Position numbers and translations under genes: made by a program
Origin: Chrysomallon squamiferum
Taxonomy: Eukaryota; Animalia; Mollusca
Assembly: GCA_012295275.1 (NCBI GenBank)
Contig: CM022669.1
Location: forward strand, 3,286,001 to 3,350,000
Direction: 5' to 3'
Length of the DNA stretch: 64,000 bases
Shown here: positions 12,805 through 27,045 of the stretch, piece after piece
Numbering within the stretch: the stretch's first letter is position 1
Layout: every line of letters starts with the position of its first letter
Notes under the pieces: model-generated
The model's database searches: none
Told to the model about the DNA's origin: nothing
What the model saw: only the letters and a program-made list of their open reading frames with translations

Positions 12805-13214
12805 TGTAACACAAATATATCAAAAACAATAATATCCATCTTATTCTGGTATCCTTAATGCACTTTGTATGGTTACCAAAACATAGATACATTTCTAGGT
12901 AGGAACCGATAAACATGCCATTACAAATCAATAACCATTTTATCCTTTTAATATTAACATTTGTATTAGCGAGAGAAAAAATCCGAGCGTGGCATCTGTT
13001 TTAACTGAATCGCTAACCACAGAACGCAAACATCCTCGCTGTCTGACGGTGACGGCTTGACGATTATTTCAAGACGAGAAATGAAATAAAACTTTGTTTT
13101 GATGAAAATGGAAATTTCATTATCCAAAGATTTTTAAAAACAGTTATGACGAAATGAAGCTCTTAGTCCATTCAACTCGGTCCTCAATTCTTTGTTGATG
13201 CTTACAGCTTCTTC

Positions 13215-13245
<31 letters not shown>

Positions 13246-13412
13246 GAAATTTATGTTACGCGAAGTGCTGAAACAAATAAATATGACATTTTTGTCTGAA
13301 GGGGTTTTGGGAAATGGAAAGAAAAACTTGATTGATCGTCTTTGACAACTAAATGCGCTCACATTTCTCTCGCTCGTCTTGATTTATTGACCAGACTCTT
13401 CGAGTATTTACG

Positions 13413-13428
13413 CAGCGCCCTCTACCGT
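13413..13428 (-). promoter_or_regulatory. CTCF-like motif ACGGTAGAGGGCGCTG
   Basis: Matches the CTCF core (CCASYAGRKGGCRS) over AGAGGGCGC; 15/16 identical to the site at 36745. Confidence 0.5.
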
Positions 13429-15925
13429 CCCCACTAAAACCCTCGATGGCAAGAAGCAGACCGCCCTTGGGGAGGCACAAAGCTCGGCTTTTACCGGGAC
13501 AGAGAGAAAGAAAAAACACGCGGATTTCTACTTAGAAATCTCTGTCTGTTAAGACAAATAGCCGTCACAATCAATGGCCGTTGATGTGTGGGTTGAGACC
13601 AGAATCAATACAAATGACGGAACCTAAATGGACTGAAAACCGTTCTTTTTTCTTCTTCTGTTTTTTTTTTTTTTTTTTTTTTTTTTCTCTCCCAAGATTC
13701 GCCTAGCCCACCGCGTTTTCACCGCAAAATGACGTTGTCACAGTGACGTCACGCTAATGGCCTTCCGATAAACTGTCCATCTTTGGCTGAGTGATAAAAC
13801 ACTTCGGAGAAGCCTTATTATTTTTATTACAGCACGTGAGAACGCGCTGATGGGTTTCGATGCAAAAATGCATTTCTAAACCTCTCCGCGAATCGAAATT
13901 CTTTTAATCAAATTAGTTACACTAGCACTCGCTGGCGGAGTTCGTTATGAATTTTCAAAGATGGAATATGAATCTATTTTGTCGGTATCAATAAAATTGA
14001 TATACATTTGTGTGACCGTGAGCGAATCTCGGGCCGCTATCGCCCTAGGCCGTGCACAATGCATTATGGTTCGTGTAAGGTTAAATAATGGAAATGTCTG
14101 TCAATACTGCCGACAAGCCTACAGTGATTTCATTTACAGAAATCCTGACGGTGCTTGCAAATGGATGAAATTGTAGTAAAACTTCTTTTTGACGGATCTA
14201 CTAAAAGCATTTTTGGCCCGAAGGCTTTATTGCTTCGAAAAACAAGACGTATTTAGCGAGAAAACAAACGCCAGACGTAACTTGACACTGTCCGTTCTGG
14301 CGATGTCTGTTAGTGTCCATCAGGTTCGCGTGCTTGCTCCTACTCCACCCTCGGCTGTTGTCTACGATGTAACGCTGACGTCGTTTTTACCGTATAAAAT
14401 TTCAACACTGCTAGATTTAAACACTAACTGAAACTAGCCTGTTATTATTATTGTTGTTGTTGTTGTCGTCATCGTCGTTGCTGTTGTTAATATTGTTAAG
14501 ATTATAAATATCGTCTCCCTTTTTAAAAATGTAATAGCTTTTCTTTCATTCTTTCTTTCTTTCTTATTATTTCCACACTCTCCATCGGTCGTTCCACCCG
14601 TATCTTGATATTAAACTAGGTTCGATCTACATAAATAAATAAATAAATAACAATAGTAAGAAGATGAACGAATGAATGAAGGTAGTGGCTATTGTTTTAA
14701 TTATAAAGTTATGCAGTAGAATAAAAACGTATCATAACAATAACAACAATAATAATAATAATAATGAATGAATGAAAAAACAGTACTGAAATAATATTTC
14801 TTCTTCTTCTTTTTTAATAAAACAACTATGCAATGAAACAGTTACAACATCGGCATAAATAAACATATACCTCCACAACAATAATAAACAAATGAACGAA
14901 CAAAGAAATAAATTATAATAAATGCTTAAAACAAAAAGTATTTTGTCTATTCACATATACTTGAAAAGAATATTAATGTTATTTGTTCATCTTTTGTTTC
15001 TTTCTTCCTCTTTTTATTTATTTATTTTTTTTTTTTTTCTTTTTTTTTCTCTTTCTTTCTGTTTTCAATGTACATACATGACGATTGAATTAACACAGCC
15101 TTTAAAAAACACATACACATGTTAGAGATAACGTAACGGGAAATCTCCAGTCGCGTTTCATAACTAGGTGAAAATAAAATTTTGATGGATTTTTCACATT
15201 CTTATCAGCCGAAAAGCCCTCCACGCAGGAAGGCCAGATGTTACAACTTTACCAAGAACCGCGCCAACCTGTCCGAGCTCAGCACGTGCGAGGCAGACGC
15301 AATGCTGCACCATTTCTATGGTGACACGAGCGAGGCTTGGCAGTGTGTCGTCTGGTCAAATGTCGAAATGTGACCGTGTCAAAGTTCACACTCATGACAG
15401 GATACACTTCTTAAGAGGAATTATAAAAAATAAAAAGAAATAAAAAATTATAATAAAATTAGGAACGAGAAAGAAAGAAAAGAGCAAAAATAAATTGATT
15501 AATGGAGAATACTAGTTCTTTGTTTGAAAAAATAAACCACAAACAACCCCTTGAACTTGACGAAACGTCTGCGCAGTCTAAGAAATTGCTGACACATTAA
15601 TTCGCTTGATTAAATCTTTGCAACCTCTGTTGCGGTGAATTGGCAGTTGACGATTTTAAAAAGGTACTCAAGATAAAATATATGAAAAATAAATGAAATA
15701 TGAAATAATGGGATTAGAAACTAATAGTCAAATGAAGCCAGCACTGGACCTGTCTGAAAAATTAATACAAAAACTAAAAAATATAAATTTTATTTTTTTT
15801 AAAGAAAGTTTCTAAACTAAATTATTCTGTAAAAATCTCACACTAAGCCATCTAATAATAAAGCAATATGAAATAAAGTATAAAATTGAAATGCTTTTTA
15901 ATTTTAATTTTTAAACATTTATTTT

Positions 15926-15973
<48 letters not shown>

Positions 15974-17080
15974 TTTTGTTACTGGAATTCTGAAATACTT
16001 TCATAAAATAAAAACATATAAAAGTATGTATTAAGATAAAAGGCTTTTATATTTATTGCACAGAAATTGTTTTTAGTAAAATAGGGAGAAGAATGAAATT
16101 AACATTGAATCAGTAAATAATAAAGAAATAAAGACATAACGAAACAAAGAATTAAATAAATAAATAAATAGTAACAACAAAAATATAAATATAAATAATA
16201 GTAATAGTAGTAGTAGCTGTTGTTATTGTTGTAGTAATAGCAGATGCAGCAGTAGTACCAGCAGTAGTTGTACGTTTCCAGTTTGGCGAGTTTATAAAAC
16301 ACTGGTGAGAATAATAAAGTGTAATTTAAAATGATTATTTAAATCGTGTTTATAAAAGGCAGTTTCAAATAGACATGAAATTTATTTTATATGACACCAC
16401 AGAAAACTAATATCTTTTAAGAAATAATTTCTGTCAGATGACTACATTAATACAAAAAAGTATTGATTAAAACATCATCCATTCATACACGGTAACAAAA
16501 TAAATGCAAATTATGAACAAACAAAATAAAACAGCAAAACATTTTAAAGGAGAAAAAAAAAGGGGAATCAAAAAGAAAAAAAAATGAGAAAGGCAAAAAG
16601 GAGAAAAAAAAAAAAGAAAAAAATGGAAATAGAAAAAGAAAGAAAGTAAAAACAGAGAAAGCTAAATAATAATAATAATACTTTTTACATAAAGCGTATT
16701 AATCAAAAAGGTTTAAATAGACTGCATAGTTACAACTTGAAACACGCGTATTCAGGCTAGTGACACTATTCAGGGTTTTTTCCCAGAAGGGTTTTGACGC
16801 GGCCTTATTTTTCCTAACGTTGGTCTAAAACCCCAGTAGCGAACCACGCCATGTGTCTGTGTGTCCTTAGCTCTCTAGAGAGGCTGAATGCCACGCGCCT
16901 ACTAATCACGTGATGAACAGGCAAGTGTACTACAGTCAAAATTTCAATATGCCGCGATTCAAGGATGGATCGAAATAAATAATATTATATTTTAAAAAAA
17001 AATTATTATTACTAAACTATTATAAATTTTAAAAAACATCTATATGACAGTCTTTTGTTTATTTTTATTGATATTATCAA

Positions 17081-17132
<52 letters not shown>

Positions 17133-18960
17133 TTATTTTAGTTTTACTTTTATATATTCATTTTATTTCATATTTCTATTTATTTATTTATTTTTGTATG
17201 GAATGGATTTCATTTTGTTTTATGCGGAACCGAATTTTTGCAGGCCATTTTTTATTTTGAGAACGAAACTGTTTTTATCTTGAAAAAACTGGTGTAATAA
17301 TTTTTTTCTGAAATCTAAAATCATTTCTATTTTTCTATATGTGTAAATAAAATAAAATATAGAATGCAATAAAATAATCATTCTAAAAACTAAATAATTT
17401 AAAATACAATAAAATAAAATAAAATAATTAAATTAATTAAATGTCTATAAAGTTTATAAACAAAACCAAATAAAATTGTGAATCAGTTCGTTCTATTGAA
17501 TATTTTGTATGCTTTGTTTTGTATTAGAGCCAGTGTTTTTAACCCATTTATTTTACCGATATAGACACACACATACACACATATATATGTATAATGTTAA
17601 GGGATTATTTGTAATAATAATCAGCTTATAACTTCGAGGTTTGTGTTTGGTTTAGATTTCTAATATGTATTTATTTGTAAGGATATCAACACATATTTAA
17701 ATAAGAAATACTATGAGGTTTATTTTGCTTCATGGTGTGGAAGAAAAGAAACCAGCAACTACATCCTGATGCATGATGAGCAGAATTAATAAAAAATTTG
17801 TGTGTACCTTCCTGTAGTCAGGAAAAAACATACCCAGTTCTCTGATAAACCAGTTGAGGAGCAGTAGCTGGAACTGATAAATGACATATTTTAAAAATGA
17901 GTAAATAAGAAACATATACAGATCTATAGGAATGCTGGTAATAACATTGTTGTTTATAAATGTAAATAAATGAATAAATAAATAAGTAAACAAACAAGCA
18001 AGCAAGCAAGGAAACAAACAAACAAACAAACAAACAAGAAAATAAATAAATAATTTATTATCTCTCTTACCACTCACTATACGTGTACAAATTCTCAATA
18101 CAAAGCTATTCACAAGTCGATATCAAGATTTGTAAAAATGTCCTCTAGCACAACTGCGGTAAGAACAACAGAATAATAATAATAATATAAATTTACGGAA
18201 TACGTGTTTGTCGGCGACATGAAAAGAAAAACAGAAGACAAAAAGATATGCATTAAAGAGTGGCGTGACAAAACGCATCCACAGTCAACCGTTGTAAAGA
18301 GTGTGTGTTTGCTGCGCCAGCGCCACCCATACATATTTAATAAGAACTACTTTTACGGCAATTGTATAACGATCCCCTCGCAGCTGTAGCTCGTGCAAGC
18401 TACCTGCACGCGCTGATTAACTGCGCGGGCATATTTACTGTTATCGCATTCCGCATTAAAAATTAATGCGCAATAATGAGAATATCTTTTCACATTTTGG
18501 TTTTAATTTTGTCAGGTAGAGCCATAAAAACAGTTCGGACACAGGTCATTTGAAAGAGATGAAAAGAAGCGATGGACTGTCTATCATAAAACTCGGCCCG
18601 GTAAAAATAATAACAACATCTATTCTCCATTTTCTGTCTGCATGACGTCCCACTGGGCTTTTTTTCAGGGGCCAGATGGTTTCCGACCGAAACGCAGCGT
18701 GCTTATCTTCCTCCGCCGTTGGAGAGTCTGTCATTTGTGTCTTCGCGAACGAAGAGCTCCACTCTATAATCTCGAGCTGACCGTGCAGCTCGAGAGGGTC
18801 GCGCGAGATCAAGAGATAATCTGCCATGATACATATTTGATCGAGAAGGCGTCAGAACTGATTGGGATAAAATAATCATCTGCAAGATGAAAATGAGCCT
18901 AGGGATATAATTTTCTGGTCTATATTGTTTTTCTAATTACATAGTCCTGTTTAAACGAAG

Positions 18961-19080
18961 TCTCGCGAGAACAATTCAGAGCGAGGCGGAGTGAAGATCG
19001 CGCGCACTGGAGCGGGCCAATAAAGTTTTTGTTCGCCCGCCGCCGCAACGGGCGGTGTGCTTGGCTCGCATGTGTGCACG
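18961..19080. promoter_or_regulatory. CpG-dense promoter-like element (TCTCGCGAGA palindrome, CCAAT, GC-box-like sequence)
   Basis: TCTCGCGAGA at 18961-18970, CCAAT at 19017-19021, and GGCGG/CCGCC motifs nearby. No associated credible ORF. Confidence 0.4.
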
Positions 19081-19262
19081 TTCGTGTGACGAAGACAAAG
19101 GCGTATTAAATTAGTTTTTGTTTCGGCATATTGACATTATTTGTTTTAATGCCAATTTGTGGAAACAGTAAGGAAGCAAGGTTGTCGCTAATTTGGTGAA
19201 TGCCACCATTCCGTGTAAAGAAAATGAGAAATTAGGGAATACAAAAGATAAACCGAAAAATC

Positions 19263-19326
<64 letters not shown>

Positions 19327-19439
19327 TAATTAATAAAATAACCTTCAAACCAAACAGTAAAAATAGTAATAATGACTGAAAATATAAAGAACTATAAAGA
19401 CATATATATATTTTTTTGTTCTTTTTTAAACAGAAAAAC

Positions 19440-19491
<52 letters not shown>

Positions 19492-21740
19492 CAATAGCAA
19501 TAAGACGTACTTACAATTATTTATCTTCGTAACAAAATACATAAAGAGTAAATGAACAATCATGTGATAAATCCTGTACCTTGTATAACTCCGTCCAAGA
19601 ACGCTGAATTAACGTTGCTAGGTAAATGACCTTACCCGCGTTTATGACGTCATATGAAAGTGACCTTAAATCAAGCGCGATTACTATAAATAAATGTCGT
19701 CTTTAAGTCTCCCGATACTAGTTCAACAACCAGTGTTATTATTACAGCTACAGTAGCGGCTACTACTACTACTACCACCACCACCACCCACTACCACTAT
19801 TATTACAACTGTTAAAACAACTATTTAAAACTGTTATTTACAGCAATAAATATATGTATTAGTTTTACTACAGATTTTGCAGACTGTGCTACTACTGCAG
19901 TTACCACTTCTGCTATTGCTACTCGAATTACAACTACTGCCACCACTTCTACAACCAGTACTACTAATATTACTACTACATCTACAGCAACAACAACTAC
20001 TACAACTATCACTGTTTACTATTACTACTGCTACGACTGCTACTAAAACTAGGTCACGTAGAATACGTAAGTATTTTTAATCATGTTATTCTGAAGCATC
20101 AGCCAGTCTACATATGCTTGCAAACGTAACATCAGATTCCTGTGACAGATCGTTTTATATGCTTCGCGTACTTCATTGTTAAATAAAACATGAAGCATGA
20201 AGTCAGCTTTGTCGCTGCTAGCTATTATCGCAATAACCAAATGGTCACATCAACAATTAATGAATTCTCAGCGTTTTCTGTTTCGGCCATTGAGCGGCGA
20301 CGCTTCACGTAGCGTCCGTTACGGCGTTTGCCGCCGAACTCCTGGCGACGATTCCCCGGGGTCGAGCCGGCACTACTTTCGCACTTTCATTAATAGCTGA
20401 TTAGATATTAAAAGCGGCGTGTCCGCTGGGTATTCAGTTTTAATTTTCCTCCATGTAATATCTCTCGAACATAATAGGGGCCTCATCGAAGCGTATCGCT
20501 GTAATATTTTCTCAATAATTCTTCATCGAAGAACAGACGTAATTGCCGTGTGTTGGGACAATGAGCACCCAGTTCGGTGGGTCTCACAAGGGTATTTCGC
20601 TCACATTGTTTAGAGCGAGCCCTGATTAAAAGCACTCATTTGTGACCAACTTGTCGTTCGCTCGTAACGGTATTGTTTGTTCACGTAAAGCTGAAGAAGG
20701 GAAAACATTTGCTGTTTGAATGAAAACAAGGCAATGGGTAATCGTGCCATTGGTTTCACGGCCGGTGAAATTTGTGTTGTGATTCTATTTACCCTATTAA
20801 CGGCTTGAAATGGGCTAATAGAATAAAAATATACAAACAAAGGAGGCCATTGATTTAGCTAATGGATCTCGGACAAATCGCCGGGTTCCTCTGGGATGAT
20901 CTTCACTGTCAAGTCCAGAAATCATACGACACTGCTTTAGGAAAAATCTCGTTAAACAAAATTCATCTTATTATTATTACCGTTATTTATTTATTTATTT
21001 ATTTGTCTGTCTGTCTATTATAGCTATAGTTCCACTTTGTGTTGTCCTTTTTATTCCATCATCATAATCGTCATCGTCGTCATTGTTTTGTTGTTTTGTT
21101 TTTATTCCTTTTTTCTTTCTCCTTTCCCATCTTATTATTAATGTAAATAAATATAATTTGTCTGTAACAAAAATAACAATAAAATCATAAGCATGAAAAT
21201 GAAAATGAAAAAAAAAAATAACAGAAAAAAAAAAAAAAAAAGAGAGAAAGAAATAAGTAATATGTAGAATGTAGTTGTTGTTATTATTCTTTCATAACGT
21301 TAAAATAATCCCACATTCACAGAATCCAGGTTTTTTTTCCATTACGTCACATAACGCGTGAACACTGGTGTAAGTTATACTGTATTAAACAACGACACTG
21401 ACACGAATGTCTAGCAACAACGTATCAAATTTTAATATTAACGATTACGTGTCTTTTTGCTGTCGCCACTGTTGTAATCTTAGAAGTTGGTTCAAGGAGT
21501 GTTTTACATGCACATTGCCGTACACCAGAGAGCTATGTACAGTGACGTTTGACAAATGAGTACTGTACTAAAACATTTACTGAACTGGGGAATAGAAGAA
21601 ATGTGTGTGTGTGTGTGTGTGTGTGTGTTGTGTTTATGTATGAATGTTTGTTTGTGTGTTGTTATCTATATATAAACGTTTCATATATAATATAAGTATT
21701 ACATTATTATAATAATACTGTCACAGAAACGTAATATCTT

Positions 21741-21775
<35 letters not shown>

Positions 21776-22500
21776 TAATAATAATAATAAAATACAAACA
21801 CAAACACACACAAAACATACATACACACATTAATTATTTTATTGATTAACATTATGGAAGCTTCGACTGTGCAGGCGTACACTAAAGTATTTTCGTACGA
21901 AACTTAACACCGTCACGCAACTCTAAAAAGTGGTGTTCACATATCTGTAACCTGGAGACGCAGTCGTTGTTATAATACTTACTCACGTACGCTGTTACTC
22001 TCTTTCCTGTTTCCAGTCTTAAAGGCAGTCTCTCAGACCAAGAGTCGCCAATTCTGACAAAAAGATCCGCCAATGTTTTCCTGTGTTTGGACACCGCTAG
22101 CTCGACTCCGTCTAAAGTCAAAGCCGTTGTAGTGCCGGGACTCTCACGCAACGACAAAACGGGTACACAAATGAGGTATTCGCGCACTCGCTGAAAGGTA
22201 TTCGGTGCTGATATGCGAGTGAGGCGACCCGACACTTAACCCCGATTTACTGTCACACGGCGAGTGTGTGGCATTTGGGACTAAAAAAATCCACGGCAAC
22301 ATGTTCCGGTGAAACTTGATAGGCGGTCCTTAGATCTACGATTAACGCGGTAGATCGCGCGAGAGATCAGCAAGGCGGACATCATATGACGTCATTGTGT
22401 GACTTATTATTATAGAGGTGACGTTGTAGAATGATTTGTCAGTGATAATAGGTGTCATTTGGCGTATTGGTTTATTAGCAGAACATTTTTCTAACACCCA

Positions 22501-22502
<2 letters not shown>

Positions 22503-22560
<58 letters not shown>
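22503..22560. repeat. (CA)n microsatellite
   Basis: Perfect CA run. Similar tracts lie at about 48866-48950 and 54633-54740. Confidence 0.97.
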
Positions 22561-22563
<3 letters not shown>

Positions 22564-22780
22564 TTATTGTATAAATAATATTGTATATGATATAATTATA
22601 TGATTAGAAGGAGAGAAAGATAGAAAGATAAAGAGATGAAAATTAGAATGAGAAATTGCAATAACGAGATTTAAAACTTTTAAGCAAAATAAATAAATAA
22701 ATAAAAAAAAATAATAATAATAATAATAATGATAATAATGATACTACTATTACAACAACAACAACAACAACAACACAACA

Positions 22781-22868
<88 letters not shown>

Positions 22869-24535
22869 TAAATGAAAAGAAATAAAATGAATCATATTAC
22901 TTGAATAATAATATGTTCCCCACTTGAAAATGAACATTCATTAATCTAATCAGCAAATTGTTAATCAAGTAAGGTATTTGTAATTAGTACCGCTCGCTCC
23001 ATGGAAGGTACGCACGTGCAGCGTGCTGTCAACTCGCTCGCCATACTTGCACGCGCCGTTCAAGTCACGAAATGAGAACTATGAAACGAATGCACAAATC
23101 ATGTTCTACACGTTAAGCAAAGATGTCTGCAGATAACGCTAATGTGTTCAACTGGCTGGCTGCGCTTCAGTGAAGATAACGGTAAACAAACTGCCATGTT
23201 GTTATTACTTGCCGTGTTTTCCCTCCCCAGTTTTCGGAGTCTCCGCGGTAGTTTCGTGTAGGTATTTTTGCATCTCGCTACAGCTGCGTTCTTCCCTCGC
23301 TCGGATTTCTGGACAGCGGTCAAGTTGGAGTCTGACAGGTTATGCGTTGTCAGTTTCAATCTAATTGTTTTACACAATAATTAAAACCATTCGTAATTAA
23401 TATACATTCTGCAGTGATTACTAGGTATCTCATTTCTTTTTTTCTTTTGTTACTTTTGTTATGTAATATGTAATATCCTGTAAGAAAAAAAAAACAAACA
23501 AAAAAACTGTTTTCTTCAAAATCAAGCAGCTAAAAATATTTAATTATTCATTTTATTATTATTGTTGTTGTTGTTGTTGTTATTATTATTATTTAAACTT
23601 ACGTTTTTTTTAGTTTTCTTTTCTTTTTTTTTTTTTCCTGTGTGTTTATTTTCTTTCTTTCTTTTCTTTCTTTTTTTTTCTTTTCCCTTTTTCTTTGTTT
23701 ATTTTTAATATTTATTTTCGTCTTGTTTTCACTGATACGGTAACGAAACGCCACTACACGCCCGATTTAAATTAAATGAGGAATTATCGTTAGGAATGAA
23801 TGTGAAGCATTTACGAGGTCACGTGACACACCGTCTTACGTGTACCTCGATCGTATTAACTCCAGCAAGTTTGTAAATAATCGTCAAGTTCCGACATACG
23901 GGAGCAAATTTACGACTGTTTGCGGAAGATCGTAGCAAATTATTTTTTTTTTCTTTCCATTTTTTTTTTATTTTTTTTTATTTTTAATTTAAACACAAAT
24001 TATTCTGTACGCTTCATATCGGTAAGAATGTTATCTCTGCAGTTTCTATAAATGTTTTGTTTGTGAGTTAATTCAGGCACATTATATCACTATTTGTTAT
24101 AACGTTCTAACAATAGAACCATCTATTTTATAGCAATCAGATTAAATTAGAATGGTGCAGTGAAAATGTAAAACGTAAATACAAACACGAAACGATAATG
24201 ATGGAAACTCGTGTAAAGAATCAGGCATTAGCGAATATAAATATATACATACATCTAATCACAAACGCACTCACACACACGCGCATAACAACAAATAAAC
24301 ATAAATAAAAACAAAGTAGAAGAAACAACAACAAATTAACAAAATAATGAACTATTTTAATCAACCTAATATTATTAACGCAAAAAAGAAAATGATAATA
24401 AAAATAATATTATAATAATAATAATAGTAATAATAATAATAATAACAACAACAACAGTAAAAATAATAACAATAGCGGTAACAACACTAAAAATGTAACA
24501 ACAACAACCACAGAACAGAACAGAACAACAACAAC

Positions 24536-24580
<45 letters not shown>

Positions 24581-25241
24581 TAATAATAATAGCCTTAATC
24601 ACATATAAAAGAGAAATTAAATAATGCTACACGTTAAACAGAGACAAACAAAAGATCCAAAAAAAAATAAAAAAAATCAGCCAGAAACCAAGAAGGAAAC
24701 AAAGAAAATTGTACAGATACAGAAAACCAAAATTAATGGTTTCTAGTAAAAAAAAAAATAATAATAATAAAATAAAAAAAGGCAACAAGGAAACAAGGAA
24801 ATTCTTCAGAGAAAAAATATTTAATTGTCGGCTGTTTATTCTTAATTTTAGTGTTCTTGCTTCCTGAACCGCAGACAATAAAATACAGGATTTTTTTTTT
24901 TTTAATTTAAATTCAGTATTATAGACCTGAATGCATATTTCTGCTTTCTTTGTCTTATTTGCTTTTATTATGTTTTGTTCGTGTGGTGCACGTTCTGGCG
25001 ACAGACACACTATTAGTCTCAAAGACTGACACTCTAAGATACGATATATATATATATATATACCTTTAAACCAAACAGACAGACAGGCAAAATATAGAAA
25101 TAGAAGGAGACATAGAGACAAAAAAGAAAAAAGAAAAAAAGACATACGGAAAAGAGAAAGATATATATTAAAACAGCTAGACAAACGCACACAAATATAC
25201 AGAATGAAAGACTGCTTGATCGACAAACACAGCCACAATCC

Positions 25242-25274
<33 letters not shown>

Positions 25275-25350
25275 CACAGGCAAACACACGAACACACACA
25301 CATATACATGTACGCACATACATACATTCATACTTGTACTATTATTACTG

Positions 25351-25397
<47 letters not shown>

Positions 25398-26013
25398 ATT
25401 ATTATTATTAGTTATACAGTAAACACATGCACACGCCAAAAAAATCTCTTTGTTATAGAAAACTTCGTATATTTTCTTCGGCGATAAAAGTAAATAAAAT
25501 CTCACACAAACACTTCAGTTATTAAACAGTCTCTGTTCTTTTTTTTCCCCGTCATCATCTAACTGAGACTGGAAATCCCAGCCCCGTGACGGACGCAGTG
25601 TTATCAATTTGCACGAGCTTCAGTAACATTTGAATGCGCATGTTGTCGGCCATAAATCGTCTCTGCAAGTTGTCTCTGTCGTAGTTTTAATATCGTCGGA
25701 ACCTATGGAAGTTGTCTGACGGGGATAACGCGTCTGTGTTTTTTATTTTGTTTTTATTTTCTATACATTATCTGACGTAAAGGCGACGCGCACCGTCAAG
25801 TGATCTCCTGGGAAATTAAAGTAAAGGTTTTGTCGCAGTTTTAATCAGACTGATGAACACGGAATGCTTTTTCGATACAGATAGGGAGGACAATTTGAAT
25901 TAGTTCCGTGTGCAGATTAATGAGTAAATTTTCACTCGTTCTTTATCATTGTCTAATTGCCGTGTCGAGAGAATTTGTTTACATCGGCCTTTGAACCCCG
26001 GCGATTTTTTCAC

Positions 26014-26132
26014 GATAGCCCCTTTAAGATTTTTTTTTTTTTCTGGTATAACCCCTTCAGTAATGTTTCTGGTATGACGCCTTTAACAAAGATTTCTGAT
26101 ATAGCCCCTTTAAGGATATTTCTGATATACAC

Positions 26133-26180
<48 letters not shown>

Positions 26181-26219
26181 ATATCCCCTTTAAGGATTTT
26201 TCAGGTATAGCCCCTTTAT
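26014..26219. repeat. ~25-27 bp minisatellite (TTTCTGATATAGCCCCTTTAAGGA), about 7 copies, interrupted by poly-T and poly-A
   Basis: Variants: gatagcccctttaag, ggtataaccccttca, ggtatgacgcctttaa, gatatagcccctttaagg, gatatacacctttaa, tatatcccctttaagg, ggtatagcccctttat. Confidence 0.85.
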
Positions 26220-26579
26220 TTATTTTACCGTTATGATCTCGTTTTGATAACAAACATTCAGTCCTTTGTACCGAGGACAGAAGTCAAAACAAAAGGAATA
26301 ATATAACACAAATAAATGTTTTAAATATTTTATATATCAGTCTGCATAAAACAAATAGAAAAGATAAAAGTAATGATGATAATGTTGATGATGATAATTG
26401 CTGTAGTTATAATAACAAAAACAGTAACAAGAACAACAGTAATAATAATAATTAAACAAATAATAAGATAATAAAGTAATAGCAATTTAACTGATGATAG
26501 TAGTAGCAGTAGTAACAATAAAAAGACAAACAATAACAAGAACAATAACAATGAATAAATAAACAAACAAATAAATAAA

Positions 26580-26616
<37 letters not shown>

Positions 26617-26934
26617 ACAAAATGAGAAGAATTGTGTACTGTTTTATAGATTTATAACAAAAAAGTGATGATTGTAAATAAAAAGCATAAAAATATAAAA
26701 AATGCTATATCTGAAAAAAATAACTGAAAAATTTTTTAAAAAAATAATTAATACGTTAAAACTGATATTTTGTTAAAAACATTTAGTATTTGTTTAGACG
26801 AAGAAAACAATTCTTTATTATTATTAATAATAGTATTTCTTGATTTTTTTTTTTTATAAATGTACAACAATTGTGTATAACCCTTGTAAGGATAAAAGAA
26901 AATAAATAATAAATAATAAATAATAATAATAATT

Positions 26935-26935
<1 letters not shown>

Positions 26936-26998
<63 letters not shown>

Positions 26999-27045
26999 TA
27001 TAATAATAATAAATAATAATAATAATAATAAAATAATAATAATAA
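26936..27045. repeat. (AAT)n microsatellite, representative of many in the window
   Basis: AAT/ATT tracts also lie at about 12091-12142, 12751-12803, 19263-19323, 31631-31683, 49234-49334, 50101-50150, 54001-54225 and 57980-58056. Confidence 0.95.

Noticed and set aside
16770-17292. Possible MITE from CAGGGTTTTTTCC to GAAAAAACTGG
   Set aside because: Terminal complementarity is too degenerate and no TSD was found.
18546-18885. Overlapping 60-93 aa ORFs in a GC-rich island
   Set aside because: No similarity to families I recognise; short ORFs are expected in GC-richer non-coding DNA.
26014-26219. CRISPR-like repeat-spacer array (also considered for 7905-8855 and 6460-6872)
   Set aside because: Eukaryotic context, degenerate head-to-tail units without unique spacers, and no cas genes.
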